From: an uncultured virus (IMG/VR IMGVR_UViG_3300046471_000063) | Lineage: Duplodnaviria > Heunggongvirae > Uroviricota > Caudoviricetes | Reading direction: 5' to 3' (one strand) | Virus record (IMG/VR): IMGVR_UViG_3300046471_000063 | DNA length: 64,000 bases | In this document: in pieces, positions 1 through 9,736 of the stretch | Layout of the letters: each line of letters begins with the position of its first letter | Numbering within the stretch: position 1 is the stretch's first letter | Program-made: the position numbers and the translations under genes | Notes under the pieces: generated by a model | The model's database searches: none | What the model was told of the DNA's origin: nothing | What the model saw: the letters and a program-made list of their open reading frames with translations, nothing else

Positions 1-2
1 CT

Positions 3-752
3 CCGGTCGATCTGACCGAGCTGCAGAACACCACCGTGAAGGTGGCTGGTGGTTTCGGCCCAGTCCGCTATGAGCCTTCCCAGATGACCTGGCTGCAACG
101 CCCGACTGCTCAGGGCATCGAAGTGGCTTCGCGCGCGTTCGCCGAAATCCTCCTGAAGGATCAGTTGAACACTGCCATCGCTGCGCTGGTCGCCGCGATC
201 ACCGCTCAGGCTGCCGCCGTCAACGACGTGTCGGCCACCGCTGGCATCTCGCAGGCTGGACTGAACAGCTCGCACGCGAAGTTTGGTGATGCCAGCCAGA
301 ACCTCGTCGCCCAGGTCATGACCGGCAGTTCGTGGCACAAGCTGGTCGGCCAGAACCTGGCGAACGTCAACAACCTGTTCCTGGCCGGCAACGTCCGCGT
401 GGTTGATATCCTCGGCAAGACTTCCGTGGTCACCGACGCTCCGGCGCTTTCCCAGACCGGCACGCCGAACAAGGAAATCATCCTCAGCTTGGCGTCCGGC
501 GCCGCGCTTGTGCATGACAGCCGCGACATCATCTCGAACGTCGAGACCAGCAATGGCCAGACTCGTATCGAGACCACCATTCAGGTCGATTACACCTTCG
601 GCCTCGGCCTGAAGGGCTACACCTGGGACACCGCGAACGGCGGCAAGTCGCCTTCCAGCGCGGCGCTGGCCACCGGCACCAACTGGGACAAGACCGCAGC
701 CAGCATCAAGGACACCGCTGGTGTTGCCCTGATCGGTGATGCCTCCAAGTAA
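3..752 (+). CDS. Major capsid protein, 5'-truncated by window edge
   Basis: Frame open from base 3; position before neck genes; C-terminal YTWD..GGKSP...NW motif typical of this capsid family. Confidence 0.8.
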   Translation, partial: PVDLTELQNTTVKVAGGFGPVRYEPSQMTWLQRPTAQGIEVASRAFAEILLKDQLNTAIAALVAAITAQAAAVNDVSATAGISQAGLNSSHAKFGDASQNLVAQVMTGSSWHKLVGQNLANVNNLFLAGNVRVVDILGKTSVVTDAPALSQTGTPNKEIILSLASGAALVHDSRDIISNVETSNGQTRIETTIQVDYTFGLGLKGYTWDTANGGKSPSSAALATGTNWDKTAASIKDTAGVALIGDASK

Positions 753-802
753 CCCCTGATGTCCAAGCCGGGACGTGTGCCCGGCTTGGCGGAGATGCGA
801 TC

Positions 803-1117
803 ATGAGCGAGAACAACATCTGGTATCTACCGGGCCCATTCCACCGGTACGAAGGCGACGTGAAGGCGCAGGCCAAGAAGGCCGGGCTGATCATCGTCGA
901 TGCGAACGTTACGGACAGCCGTGACGGTGCCGCGGACAAAACGCCGACTGCCAAGCTTAAGCCAGAGTGGTTCGCAAAGTCTGAAAAGACCGGCCCTGAA
1001 ACCGATTCGAAGAAAATGAACGTTGAAGACCTGCGCGCTTGGTTGACGTCCAAGGGCATCGAGTATGATGCCAATGCACTGAAGCCAGACCTTCAAGCCC
1101 TCATCCCAGCGGAATAA
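803..1117 (+). CDS. Head-associated protein with C-terminal HeH/LEM-like motif
   Basis: MNVEDLRAWLTSKGIEYDANALKPDLQAL; follows capsid gene. Confidence 0.65.
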   Translation: MSENNIWYLPGPFHRYEGDVKAQAKKAGLIIVDANVTDSRDGAADKTPTAKLKPEWFAKSEKTGPETDSKKMNVEDLRAWLTSKGIEYDANALKPDLQALIPAE

Positions 1118-1120
1118 ATT

Positions 1121-1624
1121 ATGGCACTCATCACCGAGGACGGCACCGGCAAGCCTGATGCCGAAAGCTATGCCAGCGCTGCTGACCTGATCATCTACGC
1201 GGGAAAGTTCGGTGCGACGATCCCGGCAGACGAGCCAGCGCAGGAAGCATTGCTGCGCCGAGCCGCCTTGGCGATGGATGGCATGACGTGGAAGGGGCGC
1301 AAGACGTCGAGTGATCAGGCGCTGGCATGGCCTCGGCGCGGGGTCGAGCTGGATTGCGAGATCAAGCCCGACAACTACCTGCCAGCTCGCATCGAATACG
1401 GCCAGATGGCGTTGGCGGCCGAGATTCACGCTGACGATATCGATCCAATTGAGCAGCGCAAGGGTGCTGTGACGTTGGATAGGGTCGAAGGAGCTGTGAC
1501 TCGCGAATACGCCGTGATACCGAGCAATAGCTCGCGCCTTCTGGCAGCGGCGCCGGGTCGGCCGAGCGCTACACAGTTTGCTGACTATCTGCTCAAGCGA
1601 GGATTATTTGCGGTAAGGGGATAA
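1121..1624 (+). CDS. Head-tail adaptor (DnaT-like annotated family)
   Basis: MALITEDGTG..AESYAS, QALAWPR motifs; synteny. Confidence 0.8.
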   Translation: MALITEDGTGKPDAESYASAADLIIYAGKFGATIPADEPAQEALLRRAALAMDGMTWKGRKTSSDQALAWPRRGVELDCEIKPDNYLPARIEYGQMALAAEIHADDIDPIEQRKGAVTLDRVEGAVTREYAVIPSNSSRLLAAAPGRPSATQFADYLLKRGLFAVRG

Positions 1625-1781
1625 CGCGTATCCCCTTGTACGGTCGCATTTTTTGACTTGTGTAAATTGGTCTACGCTTGCGTCAATGAGGACTGGTTTT
1701 TCGAAGCTTGGCCCGACTGGCAAACCCCGACAGCCCCTATAGAAATGCTGCAGATCTTCAGCGATATGGTCAGGGGGCTAA

Positions 1782-2585
1782 ATGGAAAGTGAAAAACAAG
1801 GTTTTCTTGAACGGCATGAGAAAAAGGTACCAACTATTGCATCGATTGTTCAATCTATTGCAATTATTGTAGCCGGCCTCTGGCTCGGGGGAGTGTTCTA
1901 TTATTCCGAGATACTCAAGCCATCATTTTCTGAAGGTTTTTTGAACTCTACTGTCGGACTTTCTAAAGTGGGAGTTGAGAAGGAGGTAGGTGGGGTCACT
2001 TATGTCGTCATGAGTTTGAATTTGGATCTGCAAAACAATAGCGGGCAGAAATTGCGAATTCCATCATCTTTTTTTGTGGTTAATGGGGAAAAATATTCCA
2101 CAGGACCCAGTTCCTTCACAGCAGATGATGTTCAGAAAAACGTTGATGCGTTTCGCGGCAGTCGAGCAAAATTTAAAGGAGATGCGAAATTCTCTGAGGT
2201 TGTCTACGTTGGCAGCGAGTACTCGGGATGGGAGCTTGCAGTTGGGGAGAAGGTTACTCACTCCCGGCTATTTAGAGTTCCTGCGGATAGGTATGATCAG
2301 CTCGTCGCGGACTGGTACGTCACCAGGAGGAACGCAGATCTTAGCTCGATAAATGTTAGCCAAGTGGTAACGCCGGATCCCACTTATCAGTTTAAATTTG
2401 ACTCGTGCATATGTGTCAATGTCTGCCCTGAGATCGCGGATATAAAAAAATCAGTTGCCCATTCGGGTAATTGTCCTTCTCCGTGGCTAGATCTTGAGAG
2501 TCCCGAAGGGGATAGACTTCTCGGTGATACCAACAAAACAGGAAAAACTACGGTGACATCGTATTTTGTTATGACTCAGCCCTAA
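1782..2585 (+). CDS. Moron: N-terminally anchored membrane protein, unknown function
   Basis: AT-rich insert between neck genes; one hydrophobic segment near aa 18-41. Confidence 0.75.
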   Translation: MESEKQGFLERHEKKVPTIASIVQSIAIIVAGLWLGGVFYYSEILKPSFSEGFLNSTVGLSKVGVEKEVGGVTYVVMSLNLDLQNNSGQKLRIPSSFFVVNGEKYSTGPSSFTADDVQKNVDAFRGSRAKFKGDAKFSEVVYVGSEYSGWELAVGEKVTHSRLFRVPADRYDQLVADWYVTRRNADLSSINVSQVVTPDPTYQFKFDSCICVNVCPEIADIKKSVAHSGNCPSPWLDLESPEGDRLLGDTNKTGKTTVTSYFVMTQP

Positions 2586-2639
2586 CGGGCATTCCATAAG
2601 TAGCACAATATTTTCTGTCTCAATGAACCGGAGCCGTCC

Positions 2640-3008
2640 ATGGCGTTATACGACGAGATGGCAGTGATGGCCCGTGAGCTGATCACCGAGTTCGGTCAGC
2701 CAGTAAACCTTCGTGACACGGTTAAGGGAGTCTACGACCCCAGCTCCGGCAAGACCGGCCCAGATACAGTCACCGAGCGGACCGCCCAAGGCATCCTGCT
2801 TGACTTCACCGGCCAAGAATTTCAAACCAACAGCCTGATCAAAGTCGGCGACAAGAAGCTGAAGATCGCCGCGAGCGGGCTTAGCGCGCCGCCAACACTA
2901 CTGAGCAAGGCGGTGATCCAGGGTAAGACCTGGTCAATCGTCCCCCCTCTGAAAGAGATCAATCCAGCCGGAACGCCGCTACTGTATGAACTGCAGGTGC
3001 GGTCATGA
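2640..3008 (+). CDS. Head closure protein
   Basis: Synteny; INPAGTPLLYELQVR C-terminus. Confidence 0.7.
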   Translation: MALYDEMAVMARELITEFGQPVNLRDTVKGVYDPSSGKTGPDTVTERTAQGILLDFTGQEFQTNSLIKVGDKKLKIAASGLSAPPTLLSKAVIQGKTWSIVPPLKEINPAGTPLLYELQVRS

Positions 3009-3661
3009 GCCGCGCGGGCGCTGGACAATCCGGCAGCTTCGCGCTGAGCCTGGCCCAGTTCGCTGAGCAGGCCAAGGAAGCTATTGATGCCAGCCTGCGC
3101 GAGATCATCATCGAGCTCGGCAGCAGCGTGATTCGCATGTCGCCCGTGGGCAATCCCGAGATCTGGGCCGCCAACGTCGCGCATCGGGCAAAGAACAAGG
3201 CCGAGGCTGATGCCTACGACGCGCATGTCGAAGTGCGCAACGTCATCACCTCGCTGACGCCGAGCAACTTCACCCGCAACGGCAACCTAAAGCGCAGCGT
3301 GAAGTACGCCAAGCCGCTGACCAAAGCCGAGCGGGTGCAGAATTTCAACGTGAACGGTCTCGTTTCCGGCAAGGATTACGTCGGTGGCCGGTTCCGTGGC
3401 AACTGGATGTTCAGCATCGGTACGCCGGACAACACCACGACCGATGAGATCGACCCGAGCGGACGCAAATCCACCGCGCGCATCGTCGACGGCGCGATTG
3501 AGTTCAAGGCAGGCGACACGGCCTACATCACCAACTCGCTGCCGTACGCGATACCGCTGGAGTTCGGCCATTCCCAACAGGCGCCCGGCGGCATGGTCCG
3601 AATCACCGTTGCGCGCTTCCAGCAGATCGTGCTGGAGGCCATCAGGAACAATCAGGTATGA
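3005..3661 (+). CDS. Neck/tail completion protein (HK97 gp10-like)
   Basis: SPV..GRFRGNW and NSLPYAIPLEFGHSQQAPGGMV motifs. Confidence 0.8.
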   Translation: MSRAGAGQSGSFALSLAQFAEQAKEAIDASLREIIIELGSSVIRMSPVGNPEIWAANVAHRAKNKAEADAYDAHVEVRNVITSLTPSNFTRNGNLKRSVKYAKPLTKAERVQNFNVNGLVSGKDYVGGRFRGNWMFSIGTPDNTTTDEIDPSGRKSTARIVDGAIEFKAGDTAYITNSLPYAIPLEFGHSQQAPGGMVRITVARFQQIVLEAIRNNQV

Positions 3662-4068
3662 GCCACCGAATAATTCGCCGACTGTATGAGCAACGCCTTT
3701 CGACCTGGGCGACTGCTCGCAACTTGAACATCGCGTTCGAGGGCGTTGAATACGAGCCAGGGGCCGACGAGACATATCTGCGCGCCTTCACGCTGCCCGC
3801 CGGTACCGACACGCAGACGTTGGAAGGCACTGACCGGGTTTATACCGGCGTCTTTCAGATCAGCATCGTTTCTCCGGCTGGCAATGGCACTGGCGATGCA
3901 GAAGGGCTGGTCGATGACCTGGACGAACTCTTCCCGGCATTTCTGCGACTGAAACAGGGCGAGTTCGAGGTGATGGTCTTGACCCCTGTCGAGCCCGGCC
4001 CCGCCATTGTCGACGACACCACGCTTACCGTATCGGCTTCGTTTCAGTATCGGGCCGACCGCGCATAA
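3658..4068 (+). CDS. Tail terminator protein
   Basis: Position before tail tube; GVFQISIV motif. Confidence 0.7.
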   Translation: MSHRIIRRLYEQRLSTWATARNLNIAFEGVEYEPGADETYLRAFTLPAGTDTQTLEGTDRVYTGVFQISIVSPAGNGTGDAEGLVDDLDELFPAFLRLKQGEFEVMVLTPVEPGPAIVDDTTLTVSASFQYRADRA

Positions 4069-4093
4069 CCCGCCCATTGGGCAAACCCTGAAC

Positions 4094-4118
4094 CCCGCCA
4101 AGTGCGGGTTTTTCTTTT
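4094..4118 (+). terminator. Intrinsic terminator
   Basis: CCCGC-caagt-GCGGG followed by T run. Confidence 0.7.
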
Positions 4119-4138
4119 CCGTACGAGGACAAAACCCA

Positions 4139-4789
4139 ATGAGCGCCATTCTTCCCAACGGCTCCATTCTGGAGATCGCGTCGACCTACAGCGTAGCCAA
4201 GCTGGTGTCTGCGATCAGCAACGCGAATCCGGCTGTGGCGAGTGCTGCTGCGCACGGTCTGGCCGAAGGCGACATCATAGTCGTGAACTCGGGCTGGACC
4301 CGCCTGAACGACAAGGTCGTTCGCGTGGCTGACCCGGATTCGGGCACCTTCGAACTGGAAGGCATCGACACCACCAAGACCACCGTCTACACGGCGGGCT
4401 CTGGCGTTGGTTCGGTCCGCGCCGCAAGTGGCTGGGCGCAGATCAGCCAGGTGACCGACAGCACCAGTTCTGGCGGTGAGCAACAGTTCACAACTTTCGG
4501 CTTCCTGGAGGAGTCCGATGATCGTCAGCTGCCGACCACCAAGTCGCCGATCAGCATGTCGATCACCGTTGCCGATGATCCGTCCCTGCCGTACGTGGGC
4601 CCAGTTGAGGCTGCGGATGAGGATCGTGAGCCGCGTGTAGTCCGCCTGACCCTGCCGAACGGCTCGGTCATTTACTACAACGCGTACGTGTCGATCACTT
4701 CGACCCCGACACTTTCGCGCAACAACATCATGACCCGCGTCATCACCCTGTCGCTGGCTTCGCGCCCGACTCGTTACCAGGCGGCGTAA
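4139..4789 (+). CDS. Tail tube (major tail) protein
   Basis: ATG 4139 after GAGG RBS; LPNG...SSSGGEQQF motifs; synteny. Confidence 0.85.
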   Translation: MSAILPNGSILEIASTYSVAKLVSAISNANPAVASAAAHGLAEGDIIVVNSGWTRLNDKVVRVADPDSGTFELEGIDTTKTTVYTAGSGVGSVRAASGWAQISQVTDSTSSGGEQQFTTFGFLEESDDRQLPTTKSPISMSITVADDPSLPYVGPVEAADEDREPRVVRLTLPNGSVIYYNAYVSITSTPTLSRNNIMTRVITLSLASRPTRYQAA

Positions 4790-4792
4790 CCC

Positions 4793-5185
4793 ATGGCGAC
4801 CACGTTCAAAATCGCACAGTCCGCCACGTTCAAGGCGGACGTGGAAATCCCGCGCGTCGGCGGCTCCACGGTGAAGGTGTCGTTCGAGTTCAAATACCGC
4901 AACCGCAAGGAACTGGCCGCACTGTTCGCTGGCTGGCAGCAGGCGGCGAAAGATGATCAGGAGCGGTTCAAGGAGAAGGGCGACGACATCACCCTGGTCG
5001 ACATCACCGACGCGAACATCGAGCGGCAGGTCGAGCAGGTAAGCGAGCTCGTGGTGGGCTGGGGCTTTGAAGACAAGTTCACGCCTGATGCCATTCGCGC
5101 CCTCGTCGAAACCTCTGCCGGTGCCGGTGACGCGATCGTCACTACCTACCAGAACGCCTTCGCGGTGGCCCGGCTGGGAAACTGA
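4793..5185 (+). CDS. Tail assembly chaperone (gpG-like)
   Basis: Between tube and tape measure; ends at slippery GGGAAAC. Confidence 0.85.
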   Translation: MATTFKIAQSATFKADVEIPRVGGSTVKVSFEFKYRNRKELAALFAGWQQAAKDDQERFKEKGDDITLVDITDANIERQVEQVSELVVGWGFEDKFTPDAIRALVETSAGAGDAIVTTYQNAFAVARLGN

Positions 5186-5496
5186 GAGCGGTCGCGCGCC
5201 TGATGTACGAAGCAGGGCCGTCAGATTCCGATCTGGCGGCCTTCGGCTTGTCACGCGCCGATATTCCAGATGAGGAGTTCGACGTCTTTCCTGACGCCTG
5301 GCCTGCATTTTTGACCTTCAACGCCATGTCAACGCAGTGGCGTACCGGCTTTGGCGGCGCTGTCGGCCTGGACTATGCCGTCATCAACGACGTGGCCGCC
5401 TTCCTCGGTTACACCAAAAAACAGACAGCCAAGCTCTTTCCGGACCTTCGGGTCATGGAGGCCGAGGCGTTGCTCGTCATGAGCGAATCGAAATAG
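5176..5496 (+). CDS. Tail assembly chaperone extension (gpT-like), reached by -1 frameshift
   Basis: G GGA AAC at 5176-5182; the -1 frame is open and in frame with ATG 5203. Confidence 0.8.
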   Translation, partial: GKLRAVARLMYEAGPSDSDLAAFGLSRADIPDEEFDVFPDAWPAFLTFNAMSTQWRTGFGGAVGLDYAVINDVAAFLGYTKKQTAKLFPDLRVMEAEALLVMSESK

Positions 5497-5506
5497 CGGA
5501 GCAATC

Positions 5507-8500
5507 ATGTCGGGCACAATCGCAGAACTGGGCATAGCGGTTGATTCGGGTGATGCCGTCCAGGCCGCGACCGACCTCGAAAAACTGACGGCGGCAGGCA
5601 TCAAGGCCGAGAAAGCGGCTGATGACGTCGCCGCTGGCTTCAAAAAGACAGCTGACGCTGCTGACAAGCTGGCCGAGGCCGAGGCGAGAGCTGCGCAGGC
5701 AACTGACGAGGCCAAGGCTCGACTGATTGAGGTGGCAAAAACCTCGCTTCAGAACAGCGAGTATTACCAGAAGCTCACCACCAGTGTTACCAGCACCGCC
5801 GGAGCCATGGATGCCAGTCGGGATTCAACGGCCAGCCTGGCTGCGTTGCAGAAACGGCTTCAAGCTGAGTCCGATGCCCTTGTGGGCACGAATCAGCAGG
5901 GCGCTAAGGCCGCAAAGGATGCAGCGGCGGCCGTTGGTGTCCAGGCCGATGGTCTGCAGGCGCTGCTCGGCAAGATCAACCCAGCGTTGGCTGCACTGCA
6001 AAAACTCGACGATCAGCAAGCCGAGCTCAAGAAGTACAAAGACGCAAAGCTGATTGATTCCGCGACGTTTGATGATCTCTCTGCACATATTGAAGCCTCT
6101 CGCAGCAAGCTGAAAGGCTTCGGCGACGACACTGTGGCGGCAAAGACCGGTCTATCCGGGCTTGCTCTCGGATCGAAGCAAGCGCGGGAAAACGTCCTGC
6201 AGCTTGGTAACGCACTGGCAGAAGGCAATGTCCGTGTAGCAGCGCACAATCTCCTTGAGATCGGCACCAATGCCGGGGCTTCAGCACTGCGAATCGCAGC
6301 CATCGCCGCACCGCTTGCTCTGGTAGCCGCGGGTGTTATTGGCTTGGCCGTTGCTTACGAGAAGGGCGCTGCGGAATCTGATGAGTACAACAAGCAGCTG
6401 ATCTTGACCGGCAATTACGCCGGCACAAGCGCGGGCCAGCTTGCTGATGTCGCGCGCCAAGTCAGCGCAACTGTCGGCACTACTGGCGCGGCCGCCGCAA
6501 CTCTGGCTCAGCTAGCTGGGTCCGGCAAGATCGCCAGCGGCAGCTTCCAAGAGATTACCGAAGCGGCGCTCTCGATGGAGAAAGCCACGGGTAAATCCGT
6601 GGACGCCACCATTGCAGAGTTCGTCAAGATTGCGGACGACCCAGTATCCGCCGCGAAGTCGCTGAACGAGCAATTCCATTTTCTGACGGCTTCGGTCTAT
6701 TCCCAAATCCTCGCACTGAAGGAGCAGGGCGACACGATCGGCGCCACCAAACTGCTGACGGACACCTACGCGGAAACCGTGTCGTCACGATCTGGCGAGA
6801 TCCTCAAAAACCTTGGATTGATCGAGCGCGGCTGGAACGCTATCAAGGGCGCGGCTGCTGGAGCGCTGGATGCGACACTGAACGTTGGCCGGGAACAGAC
6901 GCTTGAGCAGCAAATCGCAGCCCTGCAGAAGCGTATTAATACGCCGTCCAGCTACGATGCAATCCCGATCATCGGCGAAGACAATCCTGATCTGACCAAG
7001 ACCGGGTCAACCAAGGAGCAGGATCAGTCCCATCTGACATTTCTGCTACTTCAGCGCGATGCTGAAGCGTCGAAAAGCAAGTATGTAGCTGATCGTGCAA
7101 GAGTCGAGCAGGACGCCATTCTTGCGACTGATCGGGCTGATGCAAGGCATCTGGCAACATTGTCGAATGCGGAAAAACGCGCCCTTGAGATCAAGAAGAT
7201 CAACGAGGACACGCAGAAAATTCGTGCGGCAAATCCGAACGACAAGCGCGTCACCTCGGAATATGTCGCCAAGCAGATCAAGGACGTCAACGACAAGTAC
7301 AAGGACCCTAAAGGTCCAGCCAACCAGCTCGACCTGACTGGTTTCAACGATGCTCAGCACAACCTGAAGTCGATCACCGGCTACTACCAGAATCTCGAAA
7401 AAGAACTGGATTCGGCGCAGAAGGCTGGTTTGGTTTCTGCTGAGTCGTATAGCAGCCAGCGCATCGCCATCGCCGAGCAGGAGAAAGGCGATGTCACGGC
7501 GGCGTATGAATCGGAAATCGCGGCGCTGGAGGCCGCGCGAGACAAGTCCACGACCAGCGCGCAGCAGCGCATTCAGCTCGACCAGAAGATCGCCGACGCC
7601 CGGACCAGTATGGTCAAAGCGCAACAGGACTCTGACAGTCAACTGACCGTACTCGCGAACAACGAGCAGGGGCGGCTCGCGAAGCAAGAACGGTCGATCA
7701 ACTCCTACGTTCAGGCGCTGGGACAGCAGCAGAAAGCGCTCGAGCTGGCGGGGCAACGCGCCGTGCTGGGAGTTGGCCGAGGCGATCGTCAAAACGCACT
7801 TGATGCTCAACTGAACAGCCAGCAAGACCGGTTTGCTCAGCAAGCACTCGACCTGGCAAACCAGAAGTCCGACCCGTCCCGGAATATGTCGGATGAGGAG
7901 TTCGCCAAAAAGTCCCAGGCTCTGGCCGATGCCAACAAAAAGGCGACCGACCAGATCCGGCAGAACTACTCGGATGTGCAGACTGCTCAGGGTGACTGGA
8001 CCAACGGCGCGACCGCCGCTTGGGAAAACTACCTCGACAGTGCAAAGGACGTCGCTGGCCAGACGAAGAGCCTTTTCGGCAACGCCTTCAGCTCCATGGA
8101 AGACGCCGTGACGAACTTCGCCCTGACCGGGAAGCTGTCGTTCTCGGATTTCACGAAGTCTGTGATTTCTGATCTGGCACGGATCGCTGCGCGCAAGGCC
8201 ACGGCAGGCATCTTCAGTTCAGCTTTGGGGCTGGTTTCGTCTGCTGCGGGCTCGTATTTCGGCGGCAGCGAAACGGCAGGCTCATCCCAGTCCGATTACA
8301 CCGGCTCGGCATTTCAGGATTACGTGGCTGGCCAGCGTGCCACCGGCGGCGATGTTGCGCCGAACTCGCTGTACCAGGTGAACGAGCTGGGTCCTGAGCT
8401 CTTCAATCAGGGTGGGAAGTCCTACCTGATGACTGGGGCGGACGGCGGCAGCGTCACTCCGCTAGGGTCTGGCGGAGCCTCGGTTTCTGCCGGTGCTGGC

Positions 8501-8692
8501 GGGTCTTCCCCCGTCGCGGTATCGATCCAGATCAGCGGCGACGGAAACTCTCAGGTCAGCAGCAATACCTCTGGCATGGAGCAGTTCGGTGCCGAGGTCG
8601 GACGCTTTGTGGAGGCCCGCTACAAGCAGTTGGAAGCAAAATCGCTTGGCCCGCAAGGAAACATCCGTAAAGCCATCAATGGGAGGGCGTAA
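5507..8692 (+). CDS. Tape measure protein (lambda H family)
   Basis: 1061 aa, Ala-rich helical; LILTGNYAG motif; synteny. Confidence 0.92.
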   Translation: MSGTIAELGIAVDSGDAVQAATDLEKLTAAGIKAEKAADDVAAGFKKTADAADKLAEAEARAAQATDEAKARLIEVAKTSLQNSEYYQKLTTSVTSTAGAMDASRDSTASLAALQKRLQAESDALVGTNQQGAKAAKDAAAAVGVQADGLQALLGKINPALAALQKLDDQQAELKKYKDAKLIDSATFDDLSAHIEASRSKLKGFGDDTVAAKTGLSGLALGSKQARENVLQLGNALAEGNVRVAAHNLLEIGTNAGASALRIAAIAAPLALVAAGVIGLAVAYEKGAAESDEYNKQLILTGNYAGTSAGQLADVARQVSATVGTTGAAAATLAQLAGSGKIASGSFQEITEAALSMEKATGKSVDATIAEFVKIADDPVSAAKSLNEQFHFLTASVYSQILALKEQGDTIGATKLLTDTYAETVSSRSGEILKNLGLIERGWNAIKGAAAGALDATLNVGREQTLEQQIAALQKRINTPSSYDAIPIIGEDNPDLTKTGSTKEQDQSHLTFLLLQRDAEASKSKYVADRARVEQDAILATDRADARHLATLSNAEKRALEIKKINEDTQKIRAANPNDKRVTSEYVAKQIKDVNDKYKDPKGPANQLDLTGFNDAQHNLKSITGYYQNLEKELDSAQKAGLVSAESYSSQRIAIAEQEKGDVTAAYESEIAALEAARDKSTTSAQQRIQLDQKIADARTSMVKAQQDSDSQLTVLANNEQGRLAKQERSINSYVQALGQQQKALELAGQRAVLGVGRGDRQNALDAQLNSQQDRFAQQALDLANQKSDPSRNMSDEEFAKKSQALADANKKATDQIRQNYSDVQTAQGDWTNGATAAWENYLDSAKDVAGQTKSLFGNAFSSMEDAVTNFALTGKLSFSDFTKSVISDLARIAARKATAGIFSSALGLVSSAAGSYFGGSETAGSSQSDYTGSAFQDYVAGQRATGGDVAPNSLYQVNELGPELFNQGGKSYLMTGADGGSVTPLGSGGASVSAGAGGSSPVAVSIQISGDGNSQVSSNTSGMEQFGAEVGRFVEARYKQLEAKSLGPQGNIRKAINGRA

Positions 8693-9030
8693 TGGCTGAC
8701 ACATTCACCTGGCGCCCCGACAAATCAGCGCCAGGAACATTTACTCAGCGCATCCGTTCCGCCCAGTTCGGGCAAGGCTACAAGCAGCGGGCGGCGGACG
8801 GTATCAATAACGAAACCCAGTCATGGAGCCTGACGTTTACCGGAGAGAAAGAGCGAATCGCCGCGATCATTGCGTTCCTTCGCGCCCAGAAAGGATACAA
8901 GTCCTTCATCTGGGCGACACCGTTCGACGGCCCCCTCTATTTCACTTGTGACACCTTTGCGCCGACGGATCTGGGCGGCAAGGCGTGGTCGCTGACGGCC
9001 ACGTTCGAACAGACCTACCAGGTGACCTGA
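8692..9030 (+). CDS. Distal tail protein (lambda M-like)
   Basis: FTW...AQFGQGYKQRAADGIN, ATFEQ. Confidence 0.88.
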   Translation: MADTFTWRPDKSAPGTFTQRIRSAQFGQGYKQRAADGINNETQSWSLTFTGEKERIAAIIAFLRAQKGYKSFIWATPFDGPLYFTCDTFAPTDLGGKAWSLTATFEQTYQVT

Positions 9031-9728
9031 TGGCCGAGAGTATTTACGAAGACGTCCAGAAGCTTGAGGCGGGACAGTACGTCGAGCTGTTTGAATTGGA
9101 CCTGAGCGCGATCGCAGGCGACATCTACTACTTCCACGGTTACACCAAGCTAGGGGGGATTACCTGGCAGGGCGTCGAGTATTCGCCATGGCCGATCAAG
9201 GTCGACGGCATGGGCATGACTGGGGAAGGGCAGCAGGGTAACCCTACGCTGGCCGTAGGCAACGTCACCGGATTCATCACCGCCCTTTGTGCAACCTATC
9301 AGGACCTGATCGACGCGAAGGTTGTGAGGCACCGGACGCTGGGCCGCTACCTTGATGCCGTCAACTTCCCGGAGGGAAACCCGGAAGCGAATCCTGACGA
9401 GCATTTCACCGATGACGTCTACACCATCGATCAGAAGCAAGCGGCCGACGCGTCGAATGCGACCTTCATCCTGAAGTCTCCGCTGATTGCGACCGATCGC
9501 AAGTTGCCCGGGCGACAGATTGTTGCCAACTGCTGTCAGTGGTTGGTGATCGGCGGATATCGGGGTGCCTACTGCGGCTACACCGGCTCGGCTTACTTCA
9601 CCGACAAGGACGCCCCTACGGACGATCCTGCCAGAGACATGTGCTCCGGCACTCTCCTTGGTTGCAAGCTGCGCTTTGGCGCGAACAACCCGTTGCGCTA
9701 CGGCTCATACCCGAGCGCAGGGTACTGA
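9030..9728 (+). CDS. Minor tail protein (lambda L-like)
   Basis: Conserved Cys pattern C..YRG..CGY...C....GCKLRF; TGATG coupling to previous gene. Confidence 0.9.
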   Translation: MAESIYEDVQKLEAGQYVELFELDLSAIAGDIYYFHGYTKLGGITWQGVEYSPWPIKVDGMGMTGEGQQGNPTLAVGNVTGFITALCATYQDLIDAKVVRHRTLGRYLDAVNFPEGNPEANPDEHFTDDVYTIDQKQAADASNATFILKSPLIATDRKLPGRQIVANCCQWLVIGGYRGAYCGYTGSAYFTDKDAPTDDPARDMCSGTLLGCKLRFGANNPLRYGSYPSAGY

Positions 9729-9736
9729 GGTGCTGG

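Noticed and set aside
1653..1678. Sigma70 promoter for the 1782 moron (TTGACT...TACGCT)
   Set aside because: Spacer is only 14 bp, so it cannot be supported
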